Shown here: in pieces, positions 36,888 to 49,465 of the stretch
Layout of the letters: every line of letters begins with the position of its first letter
Position numbering within the stretch: the stretch's first letter is position 1
Origin: Marsupella aquatica
Taxonomy: Eukaryota > Plantae > Marchantiophyta
Length of the DNA stretch: 64,000 nucleotides
Assembly (NCBI GenBank): GCA_973895155.1
Contig: OZ316896.1
Span: 2,356,001 to 2,420,000, forward strand
Reading direction: 5' to 3'
Notes under the pieces: model-generated
Databases searched by the model: none
Told to the model about the DNA's origin: nothing
The model's input: the letters and a program-made list of their open reading frames with translations, nothing else
Made by a program: the position numbers and the translations under genes

Positions 36888-38518
36888 ATGGGGCACGGGA
36901 GACGGTGTATAGGATTAGGAGCACGAATTGTTGGAGCAGTAGCGAGGCAATATGGTGAGACTCCCACCAGCGCCAGAATTGGACTAACGGAGGGGTTGTC
37001 GAGCTCTTCGGGGCTATTCAGAAGCTCCGTCAGTGGCACATTGTTCCGCCCCTCCTTAAACTTGTGCCTTCTGCAAGCAAATAGGTTCTCCTGCTGTGCA
37101 AAAGTGGACCTTCCCCCTCCCCGCGAGGTTTGTCCAACCACTCCTCTCGCTTCTCAGATGAAGATTCACCTGGGGTCGCAATTGGCATTTTCTCAGTCAC
37201 ATATTTACTTCCAATTGATTGTTTGACTGAGTGAACGCAACTATTTGTGAAGTTCACTGGGATTGGCGCGCGAGAACAGAATTGTACCAAATTGTCTATC
37301 TTTGGTCGATCATCTCTCGTAATTTGTACATATCAGACTCGGTTCATATGGATTCACCCCAACTTCCTTTTTGGCGTTTATATCGTTTCTTTCATCAGGT
37401 GTGATTGTTGTTGGGGCAATAGGATTGGGAAACAATCATGCTATAATTGTTAAGAATGAATTTTCATTTTTTCTGGCTCTCTGCACGAAAACATAGCCGT
37501 AAGTCAGGCGCTTACTTGCTTTGGAGTGTCTTGAAATGTTTGGATCAGTTAGCTCTGCTAGACCTCCGGGTCAATTATAGGTTGACATGGGTTGTTGTTG
37601 CAGATAACTGTGGAGTATGAAGACAAATCCGAAAATACTGATTATTTCATTGAACTTGCTGATGGAATAGGTGTGTATCAGACCTTTACTTGTAGTGAAT
37701 TGTTGCTAGGAAGTGACTGCTTTTGAGTTTGAAATATGAGGTGAAAAAGCACTGCAGATTTCATGATCCTTGTGTCGTCTATATGGGACGGAGGGTTTTT
37801 ACATTAGAAACTGAATCTGTGTCCATCATCTACTCCTGACAGAAAACGCAAACCCTGAGCTGATGGTTTTAGGGAACCCTGACGACATGCAACCAAGGTC
37901 GGTTTCTTTCTCCTCCACAACTCTGCAGCAGTCCCAAATCGAGTCTCGACGATCAGAGTCAATAGCTGCATTCAATATTATCAGTGTACTTCATTGAATA
38001 GTTACTACATTCTGGGCTCCTCGCACTTTGCAGCAGGCTTGGTTCTGTACTTGGTAAACCACAACTACAACTGTTGGGAGGGTCTCCTTCAGTGTGTGAG
38101 AGCTTTTGTTTGTGGACGAGGCTAAATTACATATTCGTGCTGTTGACAGGGATGGGTCCTTCGAAGTGACTACAGGCCAACATGTTCTGTTCTCAAGCCT
38201 GCAGGTATGTTCACCGTGTCCGAGACAATAGAATCAAGAAACCTTTGAGATTTAAAGTGATGAAGCAGCTGCAACTCTTGGAATTGGTCTTTTGTGACCT
38301 TGAAGTAACTTTTCCTGTCTTCCTACTACAAATTAACAGTGGTTCGAATGGGAATTAAATTCTCCACTGCACAAAATGAAAGGTTGTTCTGAGCCAATGC
38401 TTCTTTGCAGGCCAAGAGGCTACCCAGGGTGGATGAAATTCTGCTTGCTTTGGAACAATTACCTACCGAGGCATTGAGTTGTGAACTCGAGACTAGCGAG
38501 AAGGCTGCAACCGCGTAG
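36888..38518 (+). CDS. Rdx (SelW/SelT/SelH-like) thioredoxin-fold protein with a probable transit peptide and no CxxC/CxxU; 5 exons
   Basis: Exons 36888-37127, 37604-37670, 37843-37897, 38150-38204 and 38411-38518 join in frame through GT-AG introns: ...LPPPRE-ITVEYEDKSENTDYFIELADGIENANPELMVLGNPDDMQPRDGSFEVTTGQHVLFSSLQAKRLPRVDEILLAL...*. ITVEY, PRxGSFEV, LFS and RxP..EIL match the Rdx pattern. Confidence 0.75.
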
Positions 38519-39785
38519 ATCAGGGCATTTACACAAAATGGTGTCCTTAAGTCTTAAATCGTACCCCAAGTCCTCCAGCACAGTTAGTACACTTGGATAA
38601 TCATTTGTTCCTGTGAGAAGTGAGCAGGTATACTGTAATTATTTTAACATAACTGGACCTTGGAGGTGGAAAGGGAAGTGAGCAGGTATATTGTATAATT
38701 GGACCTTTACAGGTGGAAAGGTTGAAATCTCTTCAATCAGCAGGTGTTCCGCTACTTGCAAGCAAAGCTGGAGACTTACCCCATGTCCAAGCAAACGCGG
38801 CTCTGTACTGAGAAGTTCAAGCAAGCTATTATTAGGTCGGTTTATCTTTTCGCTGAATTGTACAAGTAGTTTTCATGAAGACTTTTGAATAGTTGCATGT
38901 ACCAGATACAATAGCCTATGGTCGGTGTTTACCCATTGCGTTATTGAGATGTCACTATAGAATGCAGGTGCTACTGTCTCGTCTGAGAACGCTCAGTTGC
39001 TTTTTCGCTCGTCGATGTCCTTTTAGCCATGTGCTGCGTCTTGAATGAAGATGTAGGGTTGGGCTGGGCTGAAGGACAACACAGGGCACTGGCCTTTCTA
39101 TTGGGATTTTGTGGAGATGAAAGTGTCTATCTCGAATTCTACGAGGGGAAATAGAAAATTCAGGGGTTGTCCAATGACTATCCCATGGGATCCTAATTTC
39201 CAACAAACTTGCTGGCCACCAACCTCCAAAAGAATATGCGTACATTGGCCGAATGCGCAATTGCACCTGATGGTTACAATCCAAACACAAAATCTACAAC
39301 GTCAGATTGCTCGAAGCCTACATTTCTTGCCTAAAATGGGGGACATATTTCACCACTTTCAGGACAATCCTCTTGGTAGCAAGCTTTCAGATAACTAACG
39401 AAGGTTTACTGCATCAACTCAGTAAACTCATTGGACATCGGAAACTGGACAGAGGAGCATCTGTTGACGCATTCGCGCTACAATAGAATTCACAATCAAG
39501 GGTTTCCAGTCAAGCCTGGCTCCAGTCAGTAATGAATTAGATGGAACAGTCATTTTCTCATCGAGTCCTTCAACTAGCAGCCCATTCAGTTCCCGACATG
39601 TGGGGAGAGTTCAATTTCTAAATTGTCCGCAAAAGTCTATACATCTGATTTACAAATATACCTTTCCTCGTGCCAAACAAGACTCACAGCCAGCCTGGCC
39701 CAAGATATCAAGCTCCCTGATTCTGAAGAGGCGGTTGACAGATCAGGTCGTGCAATGGCAAAATTCCCTGCCCTACCTACAAATT

Positions 39786-40604
39786 CTAGCAGGTTCCGTG
39801 GAGTGAGAAACGATTATCTTCAGGGAACAAAAAGCTGCATAGTTCTTTGTACGTGTCAGGATCGATTTTGCAAACCACAACAGCATAGAGCTTCAGCGCT
39901 TGGAGAGATCTGGCTTCGACACTAAGACCCACATATGTTGCAATCAAATTGAGGGCCCTAGTCGACAAGTTCATCTGTGCTTTGAGCTCTGGCTGCCCCT
40001 CCAGCCAAGACTGAAGCATACTCCAATCCAGCTCACCATTTCCAGAGGGATCCAATCTCTTTATCGTCTCAATTGACCCAGGAACCATGAGCGAAAGGTC
40101 TGTCAACAGCCTCTGCCGAGCTGAATGCAGCAGTCTGCTTACAATTGGGCTAGAGCTTAGCCTTTGAGCCCTCCTCTTCTTGAACAAATCCTCTTTCGCC
40201 TTCATTGTGATGTCCTTTCTTATTCCAAGGATACCCCGGTAGTGTCTGGGTGTACGGTTCCTCAGAATTTCATTACCCAGTTTAGGAAGTAAGAACGGTG
40301 TATCCGAATTTTGGGAGCCGGAAAGGTCCACCTCGAAGCCCAGAGCAGAGTATTTCGGAGGTGAAACCTGGACTCCAGATTCAGCCTCGGCAAGAGTGAG
40401 CGACGACATTGAATCTAAGTCTGGATTGGCCTTCGGCTGTGCTGAGCTCGTGGAACTCCAATTCAACACCTGTTTATCATTGCTATTTAAAGCTTGGAGT
40501 TCTTCACCTCCAAGGCCCACTGACTTCGAAAATTGGCTTGAGAGGAGATTCACTTGAGATTTGAGTTCGAACCTAACCGCCCCTGGCCTTGATGATTTCA
40601 CCAT
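39786..40604 (-). CDS. Hypothetical 272-aa ORF, possibly part of a decaying gene
   Basis: Long ORF with protein-like composition. The frame continues past single stops on both sides, and a 14-bp duplication lies upstream (~40693-40720). No domain recognised. Confidence 0.4.
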   Translation of the reverse strand: MVKSSRPGAVRFELKSQVNLLSSQFSKSVGLGGEELQALNSNDKQVLNWSSTSSAQPKANPDLDSMSSLTLAEAESGVQVSPPKYSALGFEVDLSGSQNSDTPFLLPKLGNEILRNRTPRHYRGILGIRKDITMKAKEDLFKKRRAQRLSSSPIVSRLLHSARQRLLTDLSLMVPGSIETIKRLDPSGNGELDWSMLQSWLEGQPELKAQMNLSTRALNLIATYVGLSVEARSLQALKLYAVVVCKIDPDTYKELCSFLFPEDNRFSLHGTC

Positions 40605-42007
40605 CCTTTGCTCTCTCGCTCTCTCTCCCTTACAAATTATCTGAAACCACAGTCCCCCTCCTCGAATAGGCTCCAGATGTGTTCAGCTCTTCACTCTTCC
40701 AGCCAAACTCTTCCAGCCAAAATCTCCTGGGCCGGCTTGCATTATCGTGAACACTTCATCCTTCAGCAGATTGAAATTCGAGACTAATTACATTTGCGGA
40801 CAGCATACCTCACTCCTGAGCAGCAGCATTTCCGTGCTACAATGAATGACATGCGGAGTATTTTGCAAGCTTCATAATCTCAGCCTCCAACTTACATATG
40901 AGTTCAAATACAATTCGGTGATAAAACTCTACAACACTATGAAGCGTAATCGACACTTTGCTTGTGAAGAAGAGAAGGCTTCATACATACAGAATCCGAG
41001 GCGTTGGTGTTCAGTCAACATCCTCCGCCCGAAGCCCACAACCCTAATTCCGCACATTCAACCCAAAACTACACCACAAAAGGATCTGAGAAAAGCCTCA
41101 CGGTTCTGCAGACACACATTGTCATGGAAACAATCCACCTCCACAGTTCCCCCACCTCCAGCGATCGAGTCACGGCAATGCGTGCACCCCACCGAGCCTC
41201 TGGCCACAACAGTTGGTTAGGTCGGGTCACGGGAAGTGGAAGGACGACCTCGAAATGGAGAGTGGCGGATGCGCAAATTGAGAGCACGGCGCTCTGAACG
41301 AGAATCAATCATTCCACCACGGATTGCAGGGGGACGAGTGGGGTCCCACCCACTTATTACGAAGATCAAACGACCACCATGAATTGATTTGCTCCAGTGC
41401 TGCTACACAGAATTTCCTCACGTAGCATTCCTCTTCCTTAAATCACAACTCCACACGAGAGAGCTACAATTGTTTGTACACCTTAGAATACAATGTATTT
41501 GGCCCCTGGGGGTGTCACAGGGAGTGATGGTACTCCCTACCCCCAGTCCCCTAGTCCATGGAATCCTGCCTCATGAGAGGACACGGTGGGTCCACCATCC
41601 TGCACAGCCACCCCCCTCGCGCCCCTGTATTTGAGAACCCCTTTTTGAGGTCTAGTGGCATAGCCACCCCTGGCGCCCGTGTATCGAGAGCCCCCATATT
41701 CGAGGCCCTGTATTCGAGATCCACTGTATGGAGTGGATTCCGTAGCATTGCCCAAACAAATACCCTTGCGATTGTATTCTAGAGTGTACATAGTATTTAA
41801 AATGTAAAGTTTTGGACTTGAGAGCAAATGAGTATTAGGGCTAACTCTAGTCTTGGGTTAGCTTCTTGATAGTTAGGCTAAATTGCCATTAGGATGTTAA
41901 TATTGGCAATTAGCCGCGACTCTAGCATCTAGCATATAGAGGAAGCTAGCTAGGTGCTAGGAGGAGAGCTTGCACAAGTAGTCTTTGTGTGGCCATGGTG
42001 GCCAAAG

Positions 42008-42340
42008 TGTTGAGCATCGACAACATTCACAAGAGCATGCCCATAACCATCCAACGATCAAGTAGTTGACACAAAGAGATATGTGGTTCACCTCCATATG
42101 AGACTACATTCACGAGAACACACAAAGAGTTTTACTGCACTCTAGGCCGACCAGCCATACCAAGCATCAACAACACAAGCTCTCCCTATCTCTTAACTGG
42201 CTCCGTAACAATGAGACTGGGTTCCCATTACCCAAGCAAACACCACTTGGGTATAGTGTGTATGTAGCATGACTAACCTAATCTAGTTTTCAACTGAGAC
42301 CACCAGGAGACTAATCGTGTTTTCGACTAAGGTCTCAGTG
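42008..42340. mobile_element. Probable copia-like LTR fragment related to 4283-4685
   Basis: ccatccaac...gtggttcacctccatatgagactacattcacgagaacacacaaagagttttac...ggccgaccagccatac aligns by eye to 4338-4447. Begins TGTTGAG; the right end is uncertain. Confidence 0.5.
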
Positions 42341-43045
42341 TGTGGATGTTCGAGGGGGGTGTGAGGGAAAATCATACTCCTTATTAGAGTTTATGTACAG
42401 TCCTTTTAAATGTTGTAATCTTATTGGCTCAAACATTCTGACATACATCTGTACTCCTCACTCCCAGCCTAGGGAACCCAGGGGTGGTGGCCCCCGAGAC
42501 TTTATTCCTGCAAATATGAGGGCAGAGGGGCTGACCGTGGCCGGATGATGGTGTGGGGAACTGCCGCATAGGGGGCAGACCATGGCCGGGGTGAGGGTGT
42601 AGGAACAGCCACAGAGGGGGTGGGAGGTATGGCCTGCAAGCTAGGGCAATGTGGCAAGTGGGTGATGAGTGGGGCCGGGGGCGTTGATCCCTGTCTTTAT
42701 TTCTCTCTTAAAGGAGGCCCATAACATTACTTAGAACCCTTTAAGGACTCTGGTTCTGAAGTCTTCACTACCCATCCTTGAGACCCCCTACTATATACAT
42801 TATAGCCACTGGCAAGAGATATTTGTGTGTTTCCATCAGCAACGTTCTTAGTGGCAATCTAGTTAGACTAAGAACTTGTCCACCCTTTGTCACAACCAGG
42901 ATAACAAGATCCTTAAGGAGAACCGTTGGATTCCGGTGAATGGGTCCTATAATTAGCCGGAAAATTTGGCTAATGGGATACACAAACAATCTAGCCAAAT
43001 TTTTGCCAAAGTGGCAAACACTTTTGGAGGAGGTGGAATCTGGCG

Positions 43046-43182
43046 AAATTTTGCATGTATTATTGTAGCCTTAGTGGGAAATTTTGCATGTATTGTTGTA
43101 TATTGCATGCATTATTTTAGTCTTAGTGGGAAAATTTGCATGTATTATTGTATTTTGCATGCATTATTCTAGCCTTAGTGGG
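43046..43182. repeat. Minisatellite of ttttgcatgtattattgta...ttagtgggaa units
   Basis: Three imperfect copies seen directly. Confidence 0.8.
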
Positions 43183-43760
43183 ATACAGGCCAAGGCTGGA
43201 GATACCGGGCTCCCCAAAGGCCTCGATATTACTCTGACCAATACCGGGCGCAGATACAGGGGACGGTATCCACAGTACTTTATTACACTCTCGACCTTCA
43301 AGAAGAAGATAAGCCTTCGCCTGCGAGCCTATCAGATCCGTAGCAGCTCCATCACCTCATACAATCCCCAAGTTCCCAATTCCCTTCACACAGGAGGATC
43401 CTCTCTCTATCTCTCTCACCCACTTCTTCTTTTCACTTGCATTTCTAAATTCTTCTCTATGACTCTATGAATTCTTCCTTCTGAAAGCACGAGGGAAGAT
43501 CGAAGCCCAACAATCCGAGCGTGGGATTCACTCTGATCCATACGGACTTCAGAAAGTCACTGGGGATTCCATTGATTCGTCTCTGTTTTGGCAATCCCCA
43601 GGATTCCAATTGCGCCCAGTAGAGGAGAGAGTGATAAGTGGGAGAGAGGCATTGGGAGACGACCGTATTGGATGCGGAGGAGGTGGAGCACTTACTGGGT
43701 TTTGATTGTCTGGTAGGCAGACGGAGAGCTTCTCAGCTTGCTTGCTCGCAACTTTATATA

Positions 43761-45606
43761 ATGGCAATGGCAGCAGCGGCAGCTTGCTGTTGCTCTCTGC
43801 AATGTCAGCCTCGGCGCGTTGGTGGTTCGGCCGAGGCGGCTGCTGCTGCTGGAAGGTCTAGTGGGAGCGCGCAACAGCAAATTGGCAGAACGAGGAATTC
43901 GGGAGGGGGCGCTCCCGTGGGCCGCAGGATAGGAAATGGGGTTGTGGTAGGACAGAAGGAGCACATGGGGAGGAGCTTATGCCTGCTGAGAGCTGTAGCG
44001 TTGCCTCCTCAGCACTATTCTAAACTTCTTCCCGGCTTGCTAGTCGAGGCCGCGAAGAGAGTGGACACGGGACGGAGCTTTGCACTGAGCTCAACTTTGG
44101 TTGTGGCGGAGGACAAGCTTGACGAAGCCAAATCTCTGTGTCTGGAGATCCTCAAGTGGGGGGAGGCCAAGATGGTATATGTTGTCTTCCTTGGGTAGCA
44201 CTTGTATGAGCCCTATGGTTTGATATAGCTTGTGCTGTCCATCGTCGTTTCAATGTCGAGCAATTCACGTCTTAAACCCTGCTTCAACCCACCCTTGAAT
44301 CGTCCTTCTGTCCTGAATTTTAGATTACAAGAGGGGGACCAAAGAGCCGTTCACTGGAAGCCAGGACCTTGGGGTTTACAATTGTAGAAGGCTAATCCAG
44401 GTGACTTGTCTTGGCAAATGTGGTGACCTATCTATCTTTGATGATTTACCTGCGCTGACTAATGGACTTACGAGTATATTCTTGGGGGAAGCTGCTGTTA
44501 GTTTCTTGATGGCGATTCCTGGCCCAAGGTTTGGCAGGGATTTTACGCATTCAGTCCCACAAGAGGCGTGCCGTTTCTATTGTTGGAAAATAATGAACGT
44601 GCCTGTTGTTTGTAATTGTATCTGTCAGATTCAAGGCCTTGATGATTGTGGGAAATTTTCTATCGCAGAAGGAGAGAGGTTCAGGTGTTACGTTATTCGA
44701 ATGCAACGTGGACCCCTTTGAGAAAACTACATACCACTTCTGGGAGCTATACGACAGCTTTCAATTTATGAACGATGTGCGGTCTTCACCTGAGCACACG
44801 AAGTTTATGGATGATGTACGTACTGTTCTTGTTCATTGGATTAAGCATAGTGAGAATGTGCTCGGGATGAAAGAAGTGAAGGTCCACAGTTCAACTTCAT
44901 TTTAGAAATCTGTGATACAATTTTGTTAAGCAGGTAAGTTAACCTCAGTTTCTTGTCAGCAGTAGCAATGCACTGTCAAAATTGTCTACGCAAAGTACTA
45001 TCTTTGATGTCAGTTCTTGCCGAAATCATGAAAGGTGCAGTGACGTGTTCGGGGGGGTTTTGCCGGCACAGGTTAGGCCACTTTTGGTGAAGCCTATTGG
45101 GTTAGCTGCTTATGAATACAAAGATGGCAAAATTGGACACATGTTGAATCCGATAGGTACTTGATCTCTGCCACCTTTCGTTGATTTCTACTTTGATCTC
45201 CAACCGTGTTATTGTCTGTAGGTTGCAATCATCATAGCAGCACCTAACTGCTCGTCAGGAATTCTGCACAGTTTCTATTGAATAAGTGATTTACCAACCT
45301 CGCTTACATTTACGCCTTTTGTGTTAAGTTTTGTTTGATTGATCAAAATTTTATGCTCTCTTCCGCTGTGTGATGTATGCTGTAGGGCCCAAGGGAGAAG
45401 GCGGTTTGGATGATGCAACTGGTCAATCTGGCACAAAACAACAGTCGTCTTCAATTGGCCAAGGACTTGGTGAAATGGAAGAAGATTTAGGATCAAAAGC
45501 TTGGGGCCTTGATAAGCTGTTGGCCAAAGTACGTGGGGATGACAACAAGTCAGGATGGAGCTTTAAGACCCTATTTGGTGATGCCGACGCCAAAGCGAAA
45601 AAGTGA
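43761..45606 (+). CDS. Probable plastid-targeted ABM-like (dimeric alpha/beta barrel) protein; 4 exons
   Basis: Exons 43761-44174, 44669-44815, 45072-45156 and 45386-45606 join in frame. Ala/Ser-rich transit-like N-terminus, then FALSSTLVV...GVTLFECNVDPFEKTTYHFWELYDSFQFMNDVRSSPEHTKFMDDVRPLLVKP, the ABM-type F.F.E.Y......H pattern. Confidence 0.8.
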
Positions 45607-46871
45607 AAGACGAAGGCACACACATTGTTTCAGGTTGGTTGAAATGAGTTGCAAAACTGGGGACAGTAATGAAGGGGCCATTGAGGGGCCCAGGATGACA
45701 CCTCCAATAGGTTTTCGGTTCAATTTTGTTAATCGCCTTCATAGCAGTTATTGGCACCACCAGTATAGATCTGAGTACCTGGAGAGCAACTTGCTGATCT
45801 TCGTGACCAGAGGACTGGTCATCGTAAATACTGTCAATCTTATGAGGTCATGGCATGTGGGCCTTTCATCTAGGAAACGTCAAACAAAATCTGGTGTAGA
45901 TTTTAGCCTTAGGACAAAAAATGGAATGTACGCTTCCTCTGGGTGTGTTTCCATGAGCTCATTGAGCCCTTTCTTCCCCCTCGGTCGACAACAGTTACAT
46001 TTGGACTGAGCAATCTACAATTGTCTTTTGGGTTAAGCAAGAAGGTAGGTCCTGTCAAATTTGTAATCATTCACATCCCTTGTCGGTGTTCGTCTGTTGT
46101 ACCTCTGCCACTAATGCGTATGGCAAAGGTTATAAATTATGCTCTTTCTCAAGGGGATCGTTACAAATTTAAACTGAGAAGTACATGGTGGGCTGAAATA
46201 CCGACACTCACGGGTATGATTACTAGAACATTCGGAGATAACAGCGAAGGTTGAATATAGGAAATGGACTCTCTTACGAGTTTGACATGGATTATATCCT
46301 CTGAAAGACTGCCAACCTATGTCATCTAAACTGGATTCCCTTGTGACGCTTCTTGGGTGTGTAACACACCCCTAGACTAGCTAGCGAAGTGCACATGGAG
46401 GCAAACGCTTCCACGGACGTATTGCACCATTGACGGGAAGGGTGAAATGGTCCCTGGTGCAGTGGGTGGTAACGTTTGCAGTACGTGGACACCATCACCC
46501 AGCTTCAGCAGATCGATGTATAACGTTCACACCAAGTTCCTAAGAAATAGTATGACAGGCTTACAATTTAGAGAATTCTCCCGATTCCTGATCTTCCAAC
46601 AATGACAGGAATCCCCGGCACACCGTCCTTGTCCGAGCTTGTTACTTCGGGAGTCGAATTTGGGAATTGTGGATTTGATGTGGTCCGAGTGCAGTACGAA
46701 CACCAGTATTGCACTCCAGAGCCAAGTTTAAGTCCACCGTACTCCCACCCTGCACAAGATCTGCGAGAATGATTCTTCGAAATGAAACAAACCAGTATCC
46801 CGAACCAAGCAGTATAGGTTAAGTAAGCTATCTTGTCGCAATGGATGATGTCGTTCGGTAAGGTATCTTCT

Positions 46872-47021
46872 CTCATTGGATGATGCCGTTCCACCATATT
46901 GTATGTTCCGAACAGTACAATTGCCCGACTTGGTGTGCCAATGAGTCCTCATTGGATGATGCCGTTCCACCATATTGTATGTTCCGAACAGTACAATTGC
47001 CCGACTTGGTATGCCAATGAG
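46872..47021. repeat. 76-bp tandem duplication whose unit has 8-bp inverted ends (CTCATTGG...CCAATGAG)
   Basis: Units at 46872-46945 and 46948-47021 differ at one position. Confidence 0.9.
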
Positions 47022-49465
47022 TAAAGGGTGCTGTACGAGTGTTACGACACGAGTGAGTTCCAGTTGTCTTAGAAACTGGCCTTAACGTCTTGAAGATTGA
47101 TTGGTTGTTCGAGTGGACAAATCTATTCCAGTCCCCATTAGTTCTTGCTTAGTATGGTCTTGAACTACCGGTGACCCCAACTACTTCCATATCTCTCTGA
47201 GAGAAGAACATAGTTTTGTCCAGGACCATAGCTTCGAGTGCAGTATGTCAGACAAGCCAAGTGTGCTAGCAGTAGAAGACTCCAGATTTGCGTCTGAGAA
47301 GACTACCATTCATGAATCAGCCAATCTATTCTCAAGAATCAACCGCTAGGATATCAACAAGCCTTCCACAAAAATTTGGTAACGGTAAACTTATGAAAGT
47401 ACAAGTTCACGGATACAAATGACCGGCCAACATCCTGATCCAATATCACGGTTTCCATTCCACAGTTACATCAAATTTGGTCGGACACTCGTGACCGTCC
47501 TATTCAACTTTCCCCTGCTACTCACACTTCAAATCTCTGATCTCCAATTTAGTAAACGGCTTAACTAACATCTCCATTAGCGGCTGCCTTCATGATTTCA
47601 CAAAGCTGAAAAGCAGTTCATCGGAACAGCGACAGGGTCTATACACTGCAGACCACAACTTTGCAAACGTAACATTTGGAACGAAAGCCACTAGTTCCCT
47701 CTGCTGGGTTACTGCTGGCAGCAAGCTTTGTGCCTTTTCTGATCAAGTCATAGCTAGTGAAAACACCGAGACACCCACTTTGGACACTTCCTACACCTAA
47801 GATACCAACTAGAAAGAAGCATTGTCGGGATAGAAAAAGACGGACCGTCTTTCCCACATGCTTTCCTATCTCACCTCTTCAATCTTCAATTGACTGTTAC
47901 TACCGACCTCGTTGAGCCAACTCATGAATCTCAAATATTGTGAGTCTAATTCACAGCCGAACATCAGGACAATTTGGTTGAGTACGAAAAGTCGAACGTA
48001 ATTAAAACCAACCACGCCTTTTAAGTCGCGAAATAGGGATGAGACATCAAATATTAACATCAAAAACCAGACAATCTGGCAGTTTTTCAAAATTATCACT
48101 CATCCACAACAACTCATACATGGGTACAGATCATCTTCCATATAGTCTGAATGCGAACTTCGCATTAACAATCCATCCATCTTAGGGGTTTCTTTGACGC
48201 GGCGGGTCCACCGACATATCTCCAAACCAGAGCCGAAGCTACAGGCGGTTTTATTCAACAATTTGTCAGAGACTTCCACTTTCAAAAGGAAACGCTCCGC
48301 TCAGTACACTGGATAAACCAGAGGCATAGCATATACATTTTGGAAACTGCAAATGATATTCCTATTGCATTGGCTTCCAAGAAAGCAAACTCCCTTGTTC
48401 CAAAGCCAAATTCTGAATGCCAAAGTTAAAAACGAGCAAAACAAACAAACCAGATATACTGTCTCCAGATAACACAAAGAGGGGACGAAGCACATAACAA
48501 AAGTCATCAAGTACAGTAGGGCAATTGAAAGTTCGTACATATTAGTATCAAGCTTTTTTCTGTGCAACGTAGCCCATGAAATGCCCCCAAGCTGAAAAAA
48601 TTTGTACATTTAAATTACAAGACTTATTTCTGTGCAGCATAGACCATGAAATGAACCCAAGCTATGGATCCCTGTAGTAAGATAGGATTTCCTCAATGAA
48701 TCAAAACAGCAGCCCAACTCCGAGACCGATGGTCCAAACCTGGATCGTCAATTTTCATACGTTCAAAGCTTGATATTACAGTAAAAGTTTGAGACTGCAT
48801 TATAGTAGTCAAAAGAATGAGAGCCAGCCATTTGTCATGAAGGCATAACATTAAAGCCTCCATATGAGAAAACTTGAATTCCAGTACCAGCTAGGTACAA
48901 AACACCTAGCCAGTACACTTTTCGTGCCCTCTCAATAAGGCAAAAGAATATTGGATGGACATAGCCAAACCTCATCATACTGTCAATTCCAGATGTCAAA
49001 ACCTTAAATGGTCCGTGCTTGACTCGACATCTGAAGGGCAACGAGGCATACCTTTCGCCTCTCAAGTCAACTTTCATGACTAGAGCAGATGACGATTAGC
49101 TGCCATATTGCCGTGCAATGATCAAGATGTCGAGGTGATGGACTAAAATCGATATTAAGAGCCTGCCTTTCAGTCTGCGAATCATCCACAGGAAGGATGA
49201 GAAAGGTCATCAATAACCAGGAGTACAGGCCCGCAGTTGTTGCCATTCGACCTTACAACAGATCCTTACATTAAACTAGGAAAAGAGATTCTTGATCCCG
49301 CATCAACTGGAAAGAGGACAACTGAAAGGTCTGCTCACCTTAGAGTACGTCGGATCACGTATCGTTACTCAAACTTCGTCCCATGCCTTTCTCGGGATTC
49401 AAAACTCCCGAGACAGTGAATAAAAACTCACGGAGACAAAAGTTATACTTGCCTTGTGTAAGATT

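Noticed and set aside
46568-46897. Possible P-loop/NB-ARC remnant (VIVGRSGIGRIL)
   Set aside because: Lacks GK[ST], and no further NB-ARC motifs could be found in adjacent frames.
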